DNA from: Treponemataceae bacterium
GTDB taxonomy: Bacteria > Spirochaetota > Spirochaetia > Treponematales > Rectinemataceae
DNA length: 64,000 nucleotides
Direction of reading: 5' to 3'
Assembly (NCBI GenBank): GCA_963667725.2
Contig: CAXXHO010000005.1
Location: 608,001 to 672,000, forward strand
This document shows positions 38,705 to 48,575 of this stretch, piece after piece. The stretch's first letter is position 1. Each line of letters opens with the position of its first letter. The position numbers were made by a program, and so were the translations under genes. The notes beneath the pieces were generated by a model, which did no database searches, was not told where the DNA came from, and saw nothing but the letters and a program-made list of their open reading frames with translations.

Positions 38705-40666
38705 TCATTTCTGGGCGGCAGCGCTCGCGCCCGCTATCCTTCCGAAGACCATGATGTCGGCGATGGCGTTGCCGCCCAGGCGGTTGCCCGCATGGATGCC
38801 ACCGGTCACTTCGCCGGCGGCGAAGAGTCCGGGAATGGCCTTTCCGGCCGCGTTGAGAACGCGCGCCTGCGTGTCGATAGCCAGACCGCCCATCGTGTGG
38901 TGGACCGAGGGCGAGCGCGGCGTGGCGTAGAAGGGCCCCTGCGTGAGCTTGGGACCGAAGTTGCGCTTGCCGAAATCGGGATCGGCTCCCTTTTCGATGT
39001 AGCTATTGTACTTCTCGATCTCGAAGCTGAGGGCGCCGGGGACCATGCCAAGCTGCGTCTCGAGACCGGCGAGGGTGTCGGCCTTGTAGACGTCATGGTT
39101 CTTGATCAGGGTATCGATGTCGTCGCCCCAGCCATTCTTGCCGCCCGGCTGAGGATTGCCCGCCGTGACCTGGTCGCAGATGATGTAGAAGAGGCCTTTG
39201 TCCTGCTTGAGCGCCCCGGCGGCGAGAACGTCGCGCTCGGCGTACTCGTTCACGAAGCGTTTGCCCTGGCTGTTGACGAAAACCTGGCTCTCGGCGCTGC
39301 CCCAGAGGCCGCCCGCGAGGGAGCCCGAAACAGGATGAGAGGAGGGCATGAGCTGGATGAAACCCATACCAACGAGGCTGGCGCCGGCCTTCTCGCCCAT
39401 GACGATGCCGTCGCCGGTGGTGGTCGGGGCGTTGGTGGTGGGCATGGTGAGAGGCATCGCGGGCCAGTAGGTGTTGTACTTGGCGCGCATCTCGGGATTG
39501 GCGCCGAAGCCGCCGGTGGCCATGACGACGCCTTTGGAAGCCTTGAGCGTGACCTTCGTGCCGTCGACCTTGGTCGCCTTCACGCCCACGACAACGCCCT
39601 TGGCCATGATGAGCTCATCGGCCTTGGTTTCGAGAAGGATCTCGACGCCCAGCTTTTTCGCGTTGTCGGCGAGGGTGCCGATGAAGCCGGTGCCCACGGG
39701 TTTCGCGCTGCCGTGGGTTCGGGGCCAGAGGGCGCCGAGAACGGTGCTGATCTCTTTTTTGAAGGGGAGCCCGAGAGACTCGAGCCACTGCATGGCCTTG
39801 GGGGAGTTCGTCGTCAGCGTCCGCACGAGCTCCAGGTCGCCGTGTATGGCGTTGCCCTTGAGATCGACGCGCTTGCCGCCGAAATAGGTCTGCATCATGT
39901 GGAGCTCAACAGAGTCGAAGAGCTTGTCGGAACCCGAAGCGACATAGGTACGGATCTGGTCCTTGAGGATCCTGAGGGTAGGACCATACTCGCCCACCGA
40001 AGCTTCGTCGATGTCGAGGAAGGACTTGAGGTCGCCGAGAAGGGGCGCCGTCATCTTGACCGCGTCCTGCCGCGAAGGATCCACGGCGTTGTAGGCGCCG
40101 CCTGCCCTGATCGTGTTTCCGCCCAGGGCGGGGGCTTTTTCGATAAGGATGACCTTGGCGCCCTTCTCCGCCGCTGATACGGCGGCCGCGAGGCCGGCGC
40201 CGCCGCCGCCGATGATCACCACCTCCGTCGACTTCTCGACGGCGGCGCCGGCGGCCTTCTTCACCTCGGCCTGCTTGCCCATAAGCGCTTCCACCGAACC
40301 GCCAGCCTGCTTCACGCAGTCGGCCACGGCTTCGAGTATGGCATCGCTCGTGAGCGTGACGCCCGACACGACGTCGATGGCGAGAGACTGGCTCTTGACG
40401 ATGGCCTCGGGCACCCGCGCGATGGCCGTATCGCTGATTCCCGGCGTCTCGCCATGCTTCACGATCTCGACCTTCTTGATCGCGTCGGCCGAGAAGGTAA
40501 CCTTTACCGCCACGGGGCCGTTCTTGCCGTTCGCCTCAGCCGTGTAGGTCCCCGCCTTGAAAGCGGCCGCCTTGGCCGTTTCGGGCTTGGTCGCGCAGGC
40601 GACGATGGACAGGACCGCCAACACGCAGACGAGGGCGAGGGCGGCGCTTTTCATGAATTTCTTCAT
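38705..40666 (-). CDS. lipoprotein flavocytochrome c-type reductase (fumarate/urocanate reductase family) with one FMN-binding domain
   Basis: Lipobox IVAC, DVVSGVT, GGGGAG, RFVNE...RD, HHTMGG and NRLGGNA. Confidence 0.88.
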   Translation of the reverse strand: MKKFMKSAALALVCVLAVLSIVACATKPETAKAAAFKAGTYTAEANGKNGPVAVKVTFSADAIKKVEIVKHGETPGISDTAIARVPEAIVKSQSLAIDVVSGVTLTSDAILEAVADCVKQAGGSVEALMGKQAEVKKAAGAAVEKSTEVVIIGGGGAGLAAAVSAAEKGAKVILIEKAPALGGNTIRAGGAYNAVDPSRQDAVKMTAPLLGDLKSFLDIDEASVGEYGPTLRILKDQIRTYVASGSDKLFDSVELHMMQTYFGGKRVDLKGNAIHGDLELVRTLTTNSPKAMQWLESLGLPFKKEISTVLGALWPRTHGSAKPVGTGFIGTLADNAKKLGVEILLETKADELIMAKGVVVGVKATKVDGTKVTLKASKGVVMATGGFGANPEMRAKYNTYWPAMPLTMPTTNAPTTTGDGIVMGEKAGASLVGMGFIQLMPSSHPVSGSLAGGLWGSAESQVFVNSQGKRFVNEYAERDVLAAGALKQDKGLFYIICDQVTAGNPQPGGKNGWGDDIDTLIKNHDVYKADTLAGLETQLGMVPGALSFEIEKYNSYIEKGADPDFGKRNFGPKLTQGPFYATPRSPSVHHTMGGLAIDTQARVLNAAGKAIPGLFAAGEVTGGIHAGNRLGGNAIADIMVFGRIAGASAAAQK

Positions 40667-40771
40667 ACCAACTCCTTGTACATGGGATCCGGCAACGAGA
40701 CGAGCCTTCCCGGACGCGTTGCCGCGCCTAAAGGCCGGTCTCTTCGATGCTCGGACCCGTACAAGTGTCGG

Positions 40772-40802
40772 ATGGTAAAGTGTGGGGTAACCACGCGGTC
40801 AA
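40772..40802 (-). promoter_or_regulatory. MerR-type promoter (19-bp spacer with a dyad)
   Basis: Minus-strand TTGACC-gcgtggttaccccacactt (19 bp)-TACCAT, with the dyad GCGTGG-N5-CCACAC. Confidence 0.7.
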
Positions 40803-40813
40803 GCGATAAAATA

Positions 40814-41638
40814 TTATTTTATCGAAAAACCCAAAGAAATATAGTAGAGCCTTCCCTTCTCGGTTTCGCAGAAGGTGGCGAGAAGACCGGTAAGATCGCT
40901 CGCGATCTCGACGCCCAGCGATTCCGCTGTCTCGAAGATGCCGTTGAGGTCGCTCTTCCTGAGCGAGAAAGGATCGTAGGTGGCCACGAGGGTGCAGAGG
41001 TTTTTTGATTTCGCGAAAAAAGAAACAGGGGGACTGAGGTCGAAATCGAAAGCCTTCGCCCATTCCTCGCGCACGCCGACGCCGATGGACACGGGAAGCC
41101 TGTCCACGGCGGGGTCGACAAGGCTCTCGCGGGGGACGTTGAGGGCGACGCAGGTGTATTGGGGATGAGTCATCCACTGATCCAGGATGCGGAGGGCGGC
41201 GCGGCTTCGCTGTCCGCCTTCGCCAAAAAGAATGAGGCGATAAAGATTGAAGACTTCCTCCGCCCCGCGCAGCTCCACCCGGCCCATGCGCGAGGGGATG
41301 GCGGTGAGCATCTCCCTTTGCTGGCGCACCCGGGCGAGTTTGAGCCGGAGCGACTCCAGCTCGGCCTCGAGAGCGGTCTCGTGCGCGGCGTAGAGTTCGG
41401 CCTGTTCCTCGATGCCGGCGTTGGCCTTGTCTATGATGGCCGGTATGGGCAGCTCGAGTCCGCGGCAAATCCTCGTCAGGAGCATGTCCACGGCGTTGGC
41501 CGCCGAATATTTGCGGTAATTGTTCGGCGCCACCCCTTCGGGAGCGATGATGCCGCGACTCACGTAGTGCCTCAGGGTTTCGCCGGTGACGCCGGTCAGT
41601 CTGCAGAACTCCCTGGCGCCAAAGCTGGTCGTGTCCAT
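40814..41638 (-). CDS. MerR-family transcriptional regulator
   Basis: EFCRLTGVTGETLRHY...GII.P.....NYRKY, a coiled coil and a C-terminal effector domain. Confidence 0.85.
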   Translation of the reverse strand: MDTTSFGAREFCRLTGVTGETLRHYVSRGIIAPEGVAPNNYRKYSAANAVDMLLTRICRGLELPIPAIIDKANAGIEEQAELYAAHETALEAELESLRLKLARVRQQREMLTAIPSRMGRVELRGAEEVFNLYRLILFGEGGQRSRAALRILDQWMTHPQYTCVALNVPRESLVDPAVDRLPVSIGVGVREEWAKAFDFDLSPPVSFFAKSKNLCTLVATYDPFSLRKSDLNGIFETAESLGVEIASDLTGLLATFCETEKGRLYYISLGFSIK

Positions 41639-41807
41639 TCCGTCCGGTTTTCCTTTCCTCGAAAAGACTAAAGGTCGCGCCGAGTATAACCTTTCGCCCG
41701 GAAAAGCTTCAATCAGGCCGTTGGGCGGGAGGGCCGGCGCCGCGGCCTTCAGAGCCAGCCCCCCCCGCCCGCTTGCGCCAAAAGCGCATCGCCGTTATGC
41801 TTTTCCC

Positions 41808-42386
41808 ATGGAAATCCCGCTAAGCCTGAAAAAGACAGCCGACGGCCGCCTGGTCTACGGCATTCCCCTTTGGTACCGCGTAATGACGGGCATCATGATC
41901 GCCCTCATCCTCGGCGGCATGCTCACCACGGAAGGTTCGCCCGGCTTTATCGCCTGGTTCATCCTCGTCCTCCTCGTCCTCGGAGCGCTTTACGAGGAAG
42001 TCTGGATCGTCGACCCGAAGGCGAAGACCGTCCGACACCTGGGCGGTATTTGGCCGATAGCTCGCGCCCTAGTCGTGAACTTCAACGATGTCGAAGAGTT
42101 CGCCCTGGGAGCCTTTGCCCGCGGCACCGTCCCCGGATCGACCGAGGAATCGGCCGACAAGGAAAGAGCCTTCGCCATGATGAACGGCAAAGACACGAAC
42201 GATGCCGGCAAGAGCGCCTTCCTTAAGCTGGGGGCGCGCAAACCCTACATCAACCTCCTCTTGAGGACGAAATCAGGCGAAACCTACCTCGTGGACACCC
42301 TGCCAGCCCGACGGGGAGGCAGGCTCAAGAAAGCGGGCGAAGCGCTCGCTGAAGCCTGCGAAAGCCATTTTTCCGATAAGAACTGA
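41808..42386 (+). CDS. hypothetical membrane protein (2 TM)
   Basis: Host-like codon usage and two hydrophobic helices. The ATG is 6 nt after TTGCGC-17-TATGCT. Confidence 0.7.
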   Translation: MEIPLSLKKTADGRLVYGIPLWYRVMTGIMIALILGGMLTTEGSPGFIAWFILVLLVLGALYEEVWIVDPKAKTVRHLGGIWPIARALVVNFNDVEEFALGAFARGTVPGSTEESADKERAFAMMNGKDTNDAGKSAFLKLGARKPYINLLLRTKSGETYLVDTLPARRGGRLKKAGEALAEACESHFSDKN

Positions 42387-42452
42387 GCCGCGCCGGGCGC
42401 CATAAGCTGAGCCGCGCCAGGCGCTTTCGTTAAAAACAACATCCATTGAAAA

Positions 42453-42492
42453 GGGGCTGCCCGCGGATCGATCCGATCCGCGGGCAGCCCCC
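42453..42492. terminator. strong hairpin between convergent genes
   Basis: GGGGCTGCCCGCGGATCG-ATC-CGATCCGCGGGCAGCCCC, with a U-tract on the minus strand. Confidence 0.75.
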
Positions 42493-42525
42493 TCGCATTA
42501 TAGCATTTGCGCCTCAGCGCCGCGT

Positions 42526-43530
42526 TCACTCCGGCTTGTGGTAGAGGAAGCAGGCCACCTGGTGGCCGCTTTCGGTTTCCTTCAGCTCGGGCCTGTATTT
42601 CTTGCAGATATCCATGCGCTTCCAGCAGCGGTCGTAGAAATAGCAGCCGGGACGCTGCTTGTCCGGCGAGGGCACGTCGCCCGTGAGGATGATGCGCTGG
42701 CGCTTGGCCTCAACCTTGGGGTCGGGGATGGGCGCGGCCGAAAGCAGGGCCTGGGTATAGGGATGCATGGGGTTCTTATACAGATCCTTCGAACCCGAAA
42801 TCTCCACGATCAGGCCCAGGTACATGACGGCCACCCTGTCGGAAATATACTGGATGACGGCGAGGTCGTGGGCGATGAAGAGATAGGTGAGTCCGAATTC
42901 CTTCTGCAGATCCTTGAAGAGATTGAGGATCTGGGACTGGATGGAGACGTCGAGGGCCGAGACCGGCTCGTCGCAGAGCATGAGCTCGGGCTTGAGGGCG
43001 AGGGCGCGGGCGATCCCGATCCTCTGGCGCTGACCGCCCGAAAACTCGTGCGGGTAGCGGTTCTTGAAGAAACGCGAAAGCCCCACGCGCTCCATGAGAT
43101 TGTCCACCCTGTCGTTGCGCTCTTCGGTGCTCATGTCGAGCAGGCCGCGCTGCTGGAATATCTTCATGGGCTCGGAGATGATCTCGCCCGCCGTCATGCG
43201 GGGATTGAGCGAGGCATAGGGATCCTGGAAAACCATCTGCATGTTCTTGCGCGCCGAAAGAAGATCGTGCGCCGAGGTCTTCATCAGATCCTTGCCCTTG
43301 AGGAAAACCTCGCCGGCCGTGGGCTTGTAAAGCTGGGCTATGGCGCGGACGGTCGTGGACTTTCCGCAGCCCGATTCGCCCACGAGACCGAGGGTTTCGC
43401 CCCGCTTTATCTGGAAACTGATGCCGTCCACCGCGTAGATATAGCCCTTTTCCTTGGAAAAGAGGGACCTCCCCAGGGAAAAGTGCATCTTAAGGTTGCG
43501 TACGTCCAGCAATACTTCGTTTTCGCTCAT
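42526..43530 (-). CDS. oppF: oligopeptide ABC transporter ATPase
   Basis: [29 protein letters not shown] and a C-terminal Cys motif. Confidence 0.92.
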   Translation of the reverse strand: MSENEVLLDVRNLKMHFSLGRSLFSKEKGYIYAVDGISFQIKRGETLGLVGESGCGKSTTVRAIAQLYKPTAGEVFLKGKDLMKTSAHDLLSARKNMQMVFQDPYASLNPRMTAGEIISEPMKIFQQRGLLDMSTEERNDRVDNLMERVGLSRFFKNRYPHEFSGGQRQRIGIARALALKPELMLCDEPVSALDVSIQSQILNLFKDLQKEFGLTYLFIAHDLAVIQYISDRVAVMYLGLIVEISGSKDLYKNPMHPYTQALLSAAPIPDPKVEAKRQRIILTGDVPSPDKQRPGCYFYDRCWKRMDICKKYRPELKETESGHQVACFLYHKPE

Positions 43531-44513
43531 TTCTTTTCCTCCGCGTAGAGCCAGCACGACACGGCGCGGCCATTTTCCGAATGCACGACGGTGGGATATT
43601 TCTTCTTGCAGATATCCATCGCCTTTTCGCAGCGCGGATAGAAAGGACAGCAGTCCGGAAGGTCTATGACGTTAGGCGGCTGACCCTGGATGGAGAACAG
43701 ACGCTCGGAATTCTCCCTGTCCAGCCGGGGCACCGAGTGAATGAGGCCCTGGGTATAGGGATGCTTGGGCTCCCCGAAAATATCCTCGGTCTGTCCGCGC
43801 TCCACTACCCTGCCCGCGTACATGACGCAGATGGTGTTGCACATGCCGGCCACGACGCCCAAGGAGTGAGTGATCAGGATGACGGCCGTTCCCAGCTTCT
43901 TGGTGAGATCCTTCATCAGCTCGAGAATCTGCGCCTGGATCGTGACGTCGAGGGCGCTCGTCGGCTCGTCCGCGATGAGAATTTCGGGATTGCAGGAAAG
44001 CCCCATGGCGATCATGACGCGCTGGCGCATGCCGCCGGAGAACTGGTGCGGATACTGGTCGATGCGCTTCTCGGGCGCGGGAATCCCGGCCAGCTTGAGC
44101 ATCTCGATGGCCTTTGCCTTGGCCGCCTTCTTGTCCAGCCCCTGATGGAGGACGATAGTCTCTATCATCTGGGTGGAAACCTTGAGGAAGGGATTGAGCG
44201 AGGTCATCGGATCCTGGAAAATCATCGAAATCTTGTTTCCGCGGATCTGGCGGATCTCGTTCGCGGACATTTTGAGAATATCCTTTTCGTGGAAAAGCAC
44301 CTGGCCTCCGGCGATCTTTCCGGGCGGGTTCGGGATGAGGTTGATTATGGAGAGATTGGTGACGCTCTTGCCGGAACCGGACTCCCCCACGATGCCGAGC
44401 GTCTCGCCCTTGTGCAGGTCGAAACTCACGCCATCGACGGCTTTCACGATCCCCTCGTCAACGTGGAAATATGTCTTCAGGTCCTTGACCTGCAGAATGA
44501 CTTCTTCTGTCAT
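43527..44513 (-). CDS. oppD: oligopeptide ABC transporter ATPase
   Basis: GESGSGKS, FSGGMRQR and DEPTSALD. Confidence 0.92.
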   Translation of the reverse strand: MTEEVILQVKDLKTYFHVDEGIVKAVDGVSFDLHKGETLGIVGESGSGKSVTNLSIINLIPNPPGKIAGGQVLFHEKDILKMSANEIRQIRGNKISMIFQDPMTSLNPFLKVSTQMIETIVLHQGLDKKAAKAKAIEMLKLAGIPAPEKRIDQYPHQFSGGMRQRVMIAMGLSCNPEILIADEPTSALDVTIQAQILELMKDLTKKLGTAVILITHSLGVVAGMCNTICVMYAGRVVERGQTEDIFGEPKHPYTQGLIHSVPRLDRENSERLFSIQGQPPNVIDLPDCCPFYPRCEKAMDICKKKYPTVVHSENGRAVSCWLYAEEKK

Positions 44514-44529
44514 GCTTGCGGCTCCTTGC

Positions 44530-45774
44530 TCAGGTTCGGTTTTTGCTCTGCGGATCCAGCGCGTCGCGCAGACCGTCTCCCAGGAAGTTCATAGAGAACA
44601 GGAAGATAGTCATGGCAATCGCCGGGCCCAGGAGCTGCCAGGTCGAATACTCCATCGCTTTGACACCCTCGGAAACCAGGGTTCCCCAGGACGCGTCGGG
44701 CGCCGAAACGCCGAGGCCAAGGAAGGAGAGGAAAGATTCGTTCATGATGAAGCTGGGCATCAGCAGGGTGGAAAATACCACGATGACGCCCAGGGTGTTC
44801 GGAAGCAGGTGACGGAAGATGATCCTCGGCACGCTCGCGCCCATGGATCTGGCCGCCTCGACGAACTCAGAGTTTTTCAGGCTGATGATCTGGCCGCGCA
44901 CGACGCGCGCTATCGTAAGCCAGGACACCAGGGCTATGGCTATAAAGAGGATGACGAAACTCCCCCTCGCCTTCTCGCCTATCATCGCCATGATGATGAT
45001 GACCATGAGCATATAGGGCAGGCCGTACATTATATCGACGAAGCGCATCATGAGATTGTCGAGCCAGCCGCCGATGTAGCCTGAAACCGCGCCGAAGATG
45101 ATGCCCACCAGAGCGGCGGTAATGGTGCCCACGATGCCGATGGCGAGGGAAATCCTTCCGCCGTAGATGATGCGGGAGAACATGTCGCGTCCGAGATCGT
45201 CGGTGCCGAGAACGTACACCTTTTTGGCCGAGGGATTGGTCTCCATCTCCGCCTTGACCCGCTCGAGTTCCGTCTTCTGGAATTCAAGCTCACGGGCAAG
45301 AGGATCGGCCGAAGCCGTGGTGTCGGTGCCGGTGCCGCCGAAGTTGAGCGAAAAACTCTGGTTCGGATCGACTTCGCCCTCGGTGGGAACCACCTCCGCG
45401 GTCGGGCCGAAGTTGAAGCCCGATGAGGGATTATAGCCCGTCTCCGCCTCGAGCGCCTGGTGCGACTTGATCGTTTCCTCGAGGTCGATGATCCTCTTCT
45501 CCAGTTTCGCCACGACGAGGGCGCCTGCTGGCTTGAACGAAGGCGCCAGGGAAGCGTTGGAGAGGATCTGCTCTTTGTAGTCGTGGATGACGCCCATCGA
45601 CGAGAGAAGGGGGGCGGCAAGGGTTATGATAATATAGAAGGAGACGATATAGAGGCTGACGAGGGCCATCCTGTTTTTGCGCAGCCTCTTCCAGGCATCT
45701 GCCCAGAGGGAGACCGGCTTCATCACCTGATTGAACTCGTTGACCGCCTGCGTTTCTTTCTTGTTGTCACTCAT
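44530..45774 (-). CDS. oppC: oligopeptide ABC permease with a large extracytoplasmic insertion
   Basis: W.RLRKNRMA, LGTDDLGRD and EFVEAARSMGAS. Confidence 0.9.
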   Translation of the reverse strand: MSDNKKETQAVNEFNQVMKPVSLWADAWKRLRKNRMALVSLYIVSFYIIITLAAPLLSSMGVIHDYKEQILSNASLAPSFKPAGALVVAKLEKRIIDLEETIKSHQALEAETGYNPSSGFNFGPTAEVVPTEGEVDPNQSFSLNFGGTGTDTTASADPLARELEFQKTELERVKAEMETNPSAKKVYVLGTDDLGRDMFSRIIYGGRISLAIGIVGTITAALVGIIFGAVSGYIGGWLDNLMMRFVDIMYGLPYMLMVIIIMAMIGEKARGSFVILFIAIALVSWLTIARVVRGQIISLKNSEFVEAARSMGASVPRIIFRHLLPNTLGVIVVFSTLLMPSFIMNESFLSFLGLGVSAPDASWGTLVSEGVKAMEYSTWQLLGPAIAMTIFLFSMNFLGDGLRDALDPQSKNRT

Positions 45775-45783
45775 TCCTGACTC

Positions 45784-46710
45784 CTACTTGTAAGAAATGC
45801 GCGGATCGAGGAATCCGTAGATGATGTCCACGATAAGGTTGGCCATGATGAGGACGATCGAATAGACGACGACCTCTCCCATGATCAAGGTGTAATCGCG
45901 GTTGATGGCGGACTGGACGAAGGGCCTTCCGATGCCGGGCACGAGGAAGACCGATTCGACCACGACGGAACCTACGACGATGCCAGAAAAAGCCGGGCCG
46001 AGGTAGGTGACGACGGGAAGAAGGGCGCCTTTCAGCACGTGCTTCCACACGACAACCGATTCCTTAAGCCCCTTGGCGCGCGCCGTCCTGATGTAGTCGG
46101 AACGGAGCACCTCGAGAATGCTCGCGCGGGAAAGCCTGGCGATATAGGCGAAGTAGGGGAAGGACAGGGTAAGCGCCGGCAGGATGATCGCCTTCCATCC
46201 GTGAACCGACACCCATTGCCCCATAGGCAAGATCTTCCACCTCATGCCGACGAAGAGCTGCAGAACAGGACCCATGACGAAGAGCGGCACCGAAATGCCC
46301 ACCACGGCGATCGACACCGCGACATAATCGGGCCACTTGTTCTGCCTGAGCGCCGATATGATGCCGACGGCCACGCCCGAGAAGACGGACATGACGAGGG
46401 CGGTGACGCCGAGGGCCATAGACACGGGCAAGCCCTGGTCGATCATCTCGTTGACCGTGATATCCCTGTATCGGAAAGAAGGACCCAGATCCCAGCGGAG
46501 AATATCGCCCAAGTAGCGCAGATATTGTCTGCCGAGAGACTCGTCCATATGGTAACGCTTCAGGAGATTCTGGAGGATTATCTCCGGAACATCCTTTTCC
46601 CGCGAAAACGGGCCGCCGGGAGCAAGCCTGATCATGAAGAAGCTCAAGGTTATGATGATGAGCAGCGTGGGAATCAGGCTCAACACTCTCCGAATGAAAT
46701 AACGTGCCAT
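45784..46710 (-). CDS. oppB: oligopeptide ABC permease
   Basis: RLAPGGPF, DLGPS and DYIRTARAKGL. Confidence 0.92.
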   Translation of the reverse strand: MARYFIRRVLSLIPTLLIIITLSFFMIRLAPGGPFSREKDVPEIILQNLLKRYHMDESLGRQYLRYLGDILRWDLGPSFRYRDITVNEMIDQGLPVSMALGVTALVMSVFSGVAVGIISALRQNKWPDYVAVSIAVVGISVPLFVMGPVLQLFVGMRWKILPMGQWVSVHGWKAIILPALTLSFPYFAYIARLSRASILEVLRSDYIRTARAKGLKESVVVWKHVLKGALLPVVTYLGPAFSGIVVGSVVVESVFLVPGIGRPFVQSAINRDYTLIMGEVVVYSIVLIMANLIVDIIYGFLDPRISYK

Positions 46711-46893
46711 CCGGGATCACTCCTTTTTTTATCTGCCAAGCGCGCAACTACCCCGTAAAAAAAACAAACGTGACAGATTCGCGTGACAAGGATTATAGGA
46801 TGAGCTGAGAACTTTGGTAGTCTCAAGGGAATCAATTATAGCCCGAAACCCTGAAACGTGCTAGGGCCATATTTCACGGGAAAGGCGGCGGAC

Positions 46894-46922
46894 AAAAAAA
46901 GGCCGGGGAAAACCCCGGCCTT
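46894..46922 (-). terminator. terminator or attenuating hairpin after oppA
   Basis: Minus strand AAGGCCGGGG-TTTT-CCCCGGCCTTTTTTT. Confidence 0.75.
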
Positions 46923-46944
46923 GGACGCATGATTCAGTCCGCGC

Positions 46945-48492
46945 TTATTTCTTGGGGCGGATGAATTTCCAGGGGTGCTGGTTCATCGGGTTCGGATACC
47001 AGCCGTCCCACTTGGAGAGGTCGACCATGTTCTGGGTGACATAGAAATAGAAGGGAAGAATGGCCATGTCCTCATCGATGAGAACCTTTTCGGCGTCGCC
47101 GAGGGCTTTCATTCGCTCGGCACCGGAGGTGACGCGGGCTTTGTTGATGAGTTCGTCGTATCGCTTGTTGGAATACAGACCATCGTTCTGGGTTCCGCCG
47201 GTGACCCACATATCGCTGAAGGTCGAGGGATCCAGATAGTCGGCGATCCAGCCGGCACGGGCCATGTCGAAGTTGTGGGACTGGGACCTGGTGTCGAGGT
47301 AGGTACCCCACTCCTGGTTCACGAGGTTGACATCGATGCCGAGATTGGTCTTCCACTGGGCCTGGACGAATTCGGCGATCTTTTTATGGCTGGCGCTGGT
47401 GTTGTAGAGAATGGAGAAGGAGGGAAAACCCTTGCCGCCCGGATAGCCGGCGTCGGCGAGAAGCTTGCGCGCGGCTTCGGGATCGAAGGCGAATCCCTTG
47501 GCGGGGGTGTAGCCGGTCGAGGGCGGGACGAAGGAGTCGGCCGGAATCTGGCCGCCCTTGGTGACCTGCTCGACGAGGGCTTTCTTGTCGAAGGCCATCG
47601 CGAGAGCCTTGCGGACGCGAACGTCGTCGAGGGGCTTGCGGGTTACGTTGATGATGTAATAGTAGGTGCCATACTCGGGGGCCACATGGAAGTTCTTGTC
47701 GAGCTTGATCTGATCCATGAGTTCGAGAGGAACGGTGTCGATCCAGTCAGCCGCGCCGCTCTTGTAGAGGTTGTAGCCGACGTTGACATCGTCATTGGCG
47801 AGGAAGGTGACTTGCTTGAGACCGACGTTCTTGGCATCCCAGTATTTGTTGTTCTTTACGACAACGACTCTTTCCTGGGGCTTCTGTTCCTTGAGAACGA
47901 AGGGACCGTTGGATACCCAGTTCTGCGGCTTGACCCACTCATTGCCGAATTTCTCGATGGCGTGCATCGGGACGATCGCGAACGCATAGTGCACGACCAT
48001 GTCGGGGAAGAAGGGGGTGGGGCCGACGAGTTTGACTTCAAAGGTGGATTTGTCCACGGCGCGGATCTTCACTGCCTCGGGACCGGCCTTGCCGGAGAGG
48101 TAGTCCATGCCGCCCTCGATGTACGCGGCCGGAAGGTCGGCGTACTGGAAAGCGTTCTTGGGATCCATCTTGCGCAGCCAGGACTTGACTACGGTGTCGG
48201 CGGTGATTTCGACGCCATCGGACCAGGTCGCCTTGCGAAGCTTGAAAGTGATGGTCTTGTAATCCTTGCTGAAGCTCCAGCTCTCGGCAAGGCCGGGAAG
48301 GGCGCGATTCGTTTTCGGATCTCCGATGGTAAGTCCCTCGAAGAGGGCCATATAGATTCTGTGCTCGGGCACGCCTTCAACGGCATGGGGATCCAGAGAC
48401 ACAGGCTCGGTTCCGTTAACGATGGTGAAGCTCTGCGCACCAAGCGCCACTACTGAAAGAAGCGCGAAAAGGACAAATAGACCCCTTTTCAT
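46945..48492 (-). CDS. oppA: oligopeptide ABC substrate-binding protein
   Basis: EPVSLDP, LFEGL, PGLAESW, WSDG, SNGPF and RAGWIADY.DP. Confidence 0.92.
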   Translation of the reverse strand: MKRGLFVLFALLSVVALGAQSFTIVNGTEPVSLDPHAVEGVPEHRIYMALFEGLTIGDPKTNRALPGLAESWSFSKDYKTITFKLRKATWSDGVEITADTVVKSWLRKMDPKNAFQYADLPAAYIEGGMDYLSGKAGPEAVKIRAVDKSTFEVKLVGPTPFFPDMVVHYAFAIVPMHAIEKFGNEWVKPQNWVSNGPFVLKEQKPQERVVVVKNNKYWDAKNVGLKQVTFLANDDVNVGYNLYKSGAADWIDTVPLELMDQIKLDKNFHVAPEYGTYYYIINVTRKPLDDVRVRKALAMAFDKKALVEQVTKGGQIPADSFVPPSTGYTPAKGFAFDPEAARKLLADAGYPGGKGFPSFSILYNTSASHKKIAEFVQAQWKTNLGIDVNLVNQEWGTYLDTRSQSHNFDMARAGWIADYLDPSTFSDMWVTGGTQNDGLYSNKRYDELINKARVTSGAERMKALGDAEKVLIDEDMAILPFYFYVTQNMVDLSKWDGWYPNPMNQHPWKFIRPKK

Positions 48493-48575
48493 TCGTACCT
48501 CCTGTTAAAATTGTACTTGTTAAACTATATACTTGCCACAACAGGAATGCAACAATAATTTTCATGGAGCGATTC

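Noticed and set aside
40814..41638. MerR as a mercury-resistance regulator linked to hgcAB
   Set aside because: There are no mer genes, the protein has a long effector domain, and its cognate promoter points at the flavin reductase.
42383..42426. 24-bp direct repeat (CTGAGCCGCGCC.GGCGC twice) and other short tandem repeats as a CRISPR array
   Set aside because: Only 2-3 adjacent copies, no unique spacers and no cas genes. Local duplication explains them.
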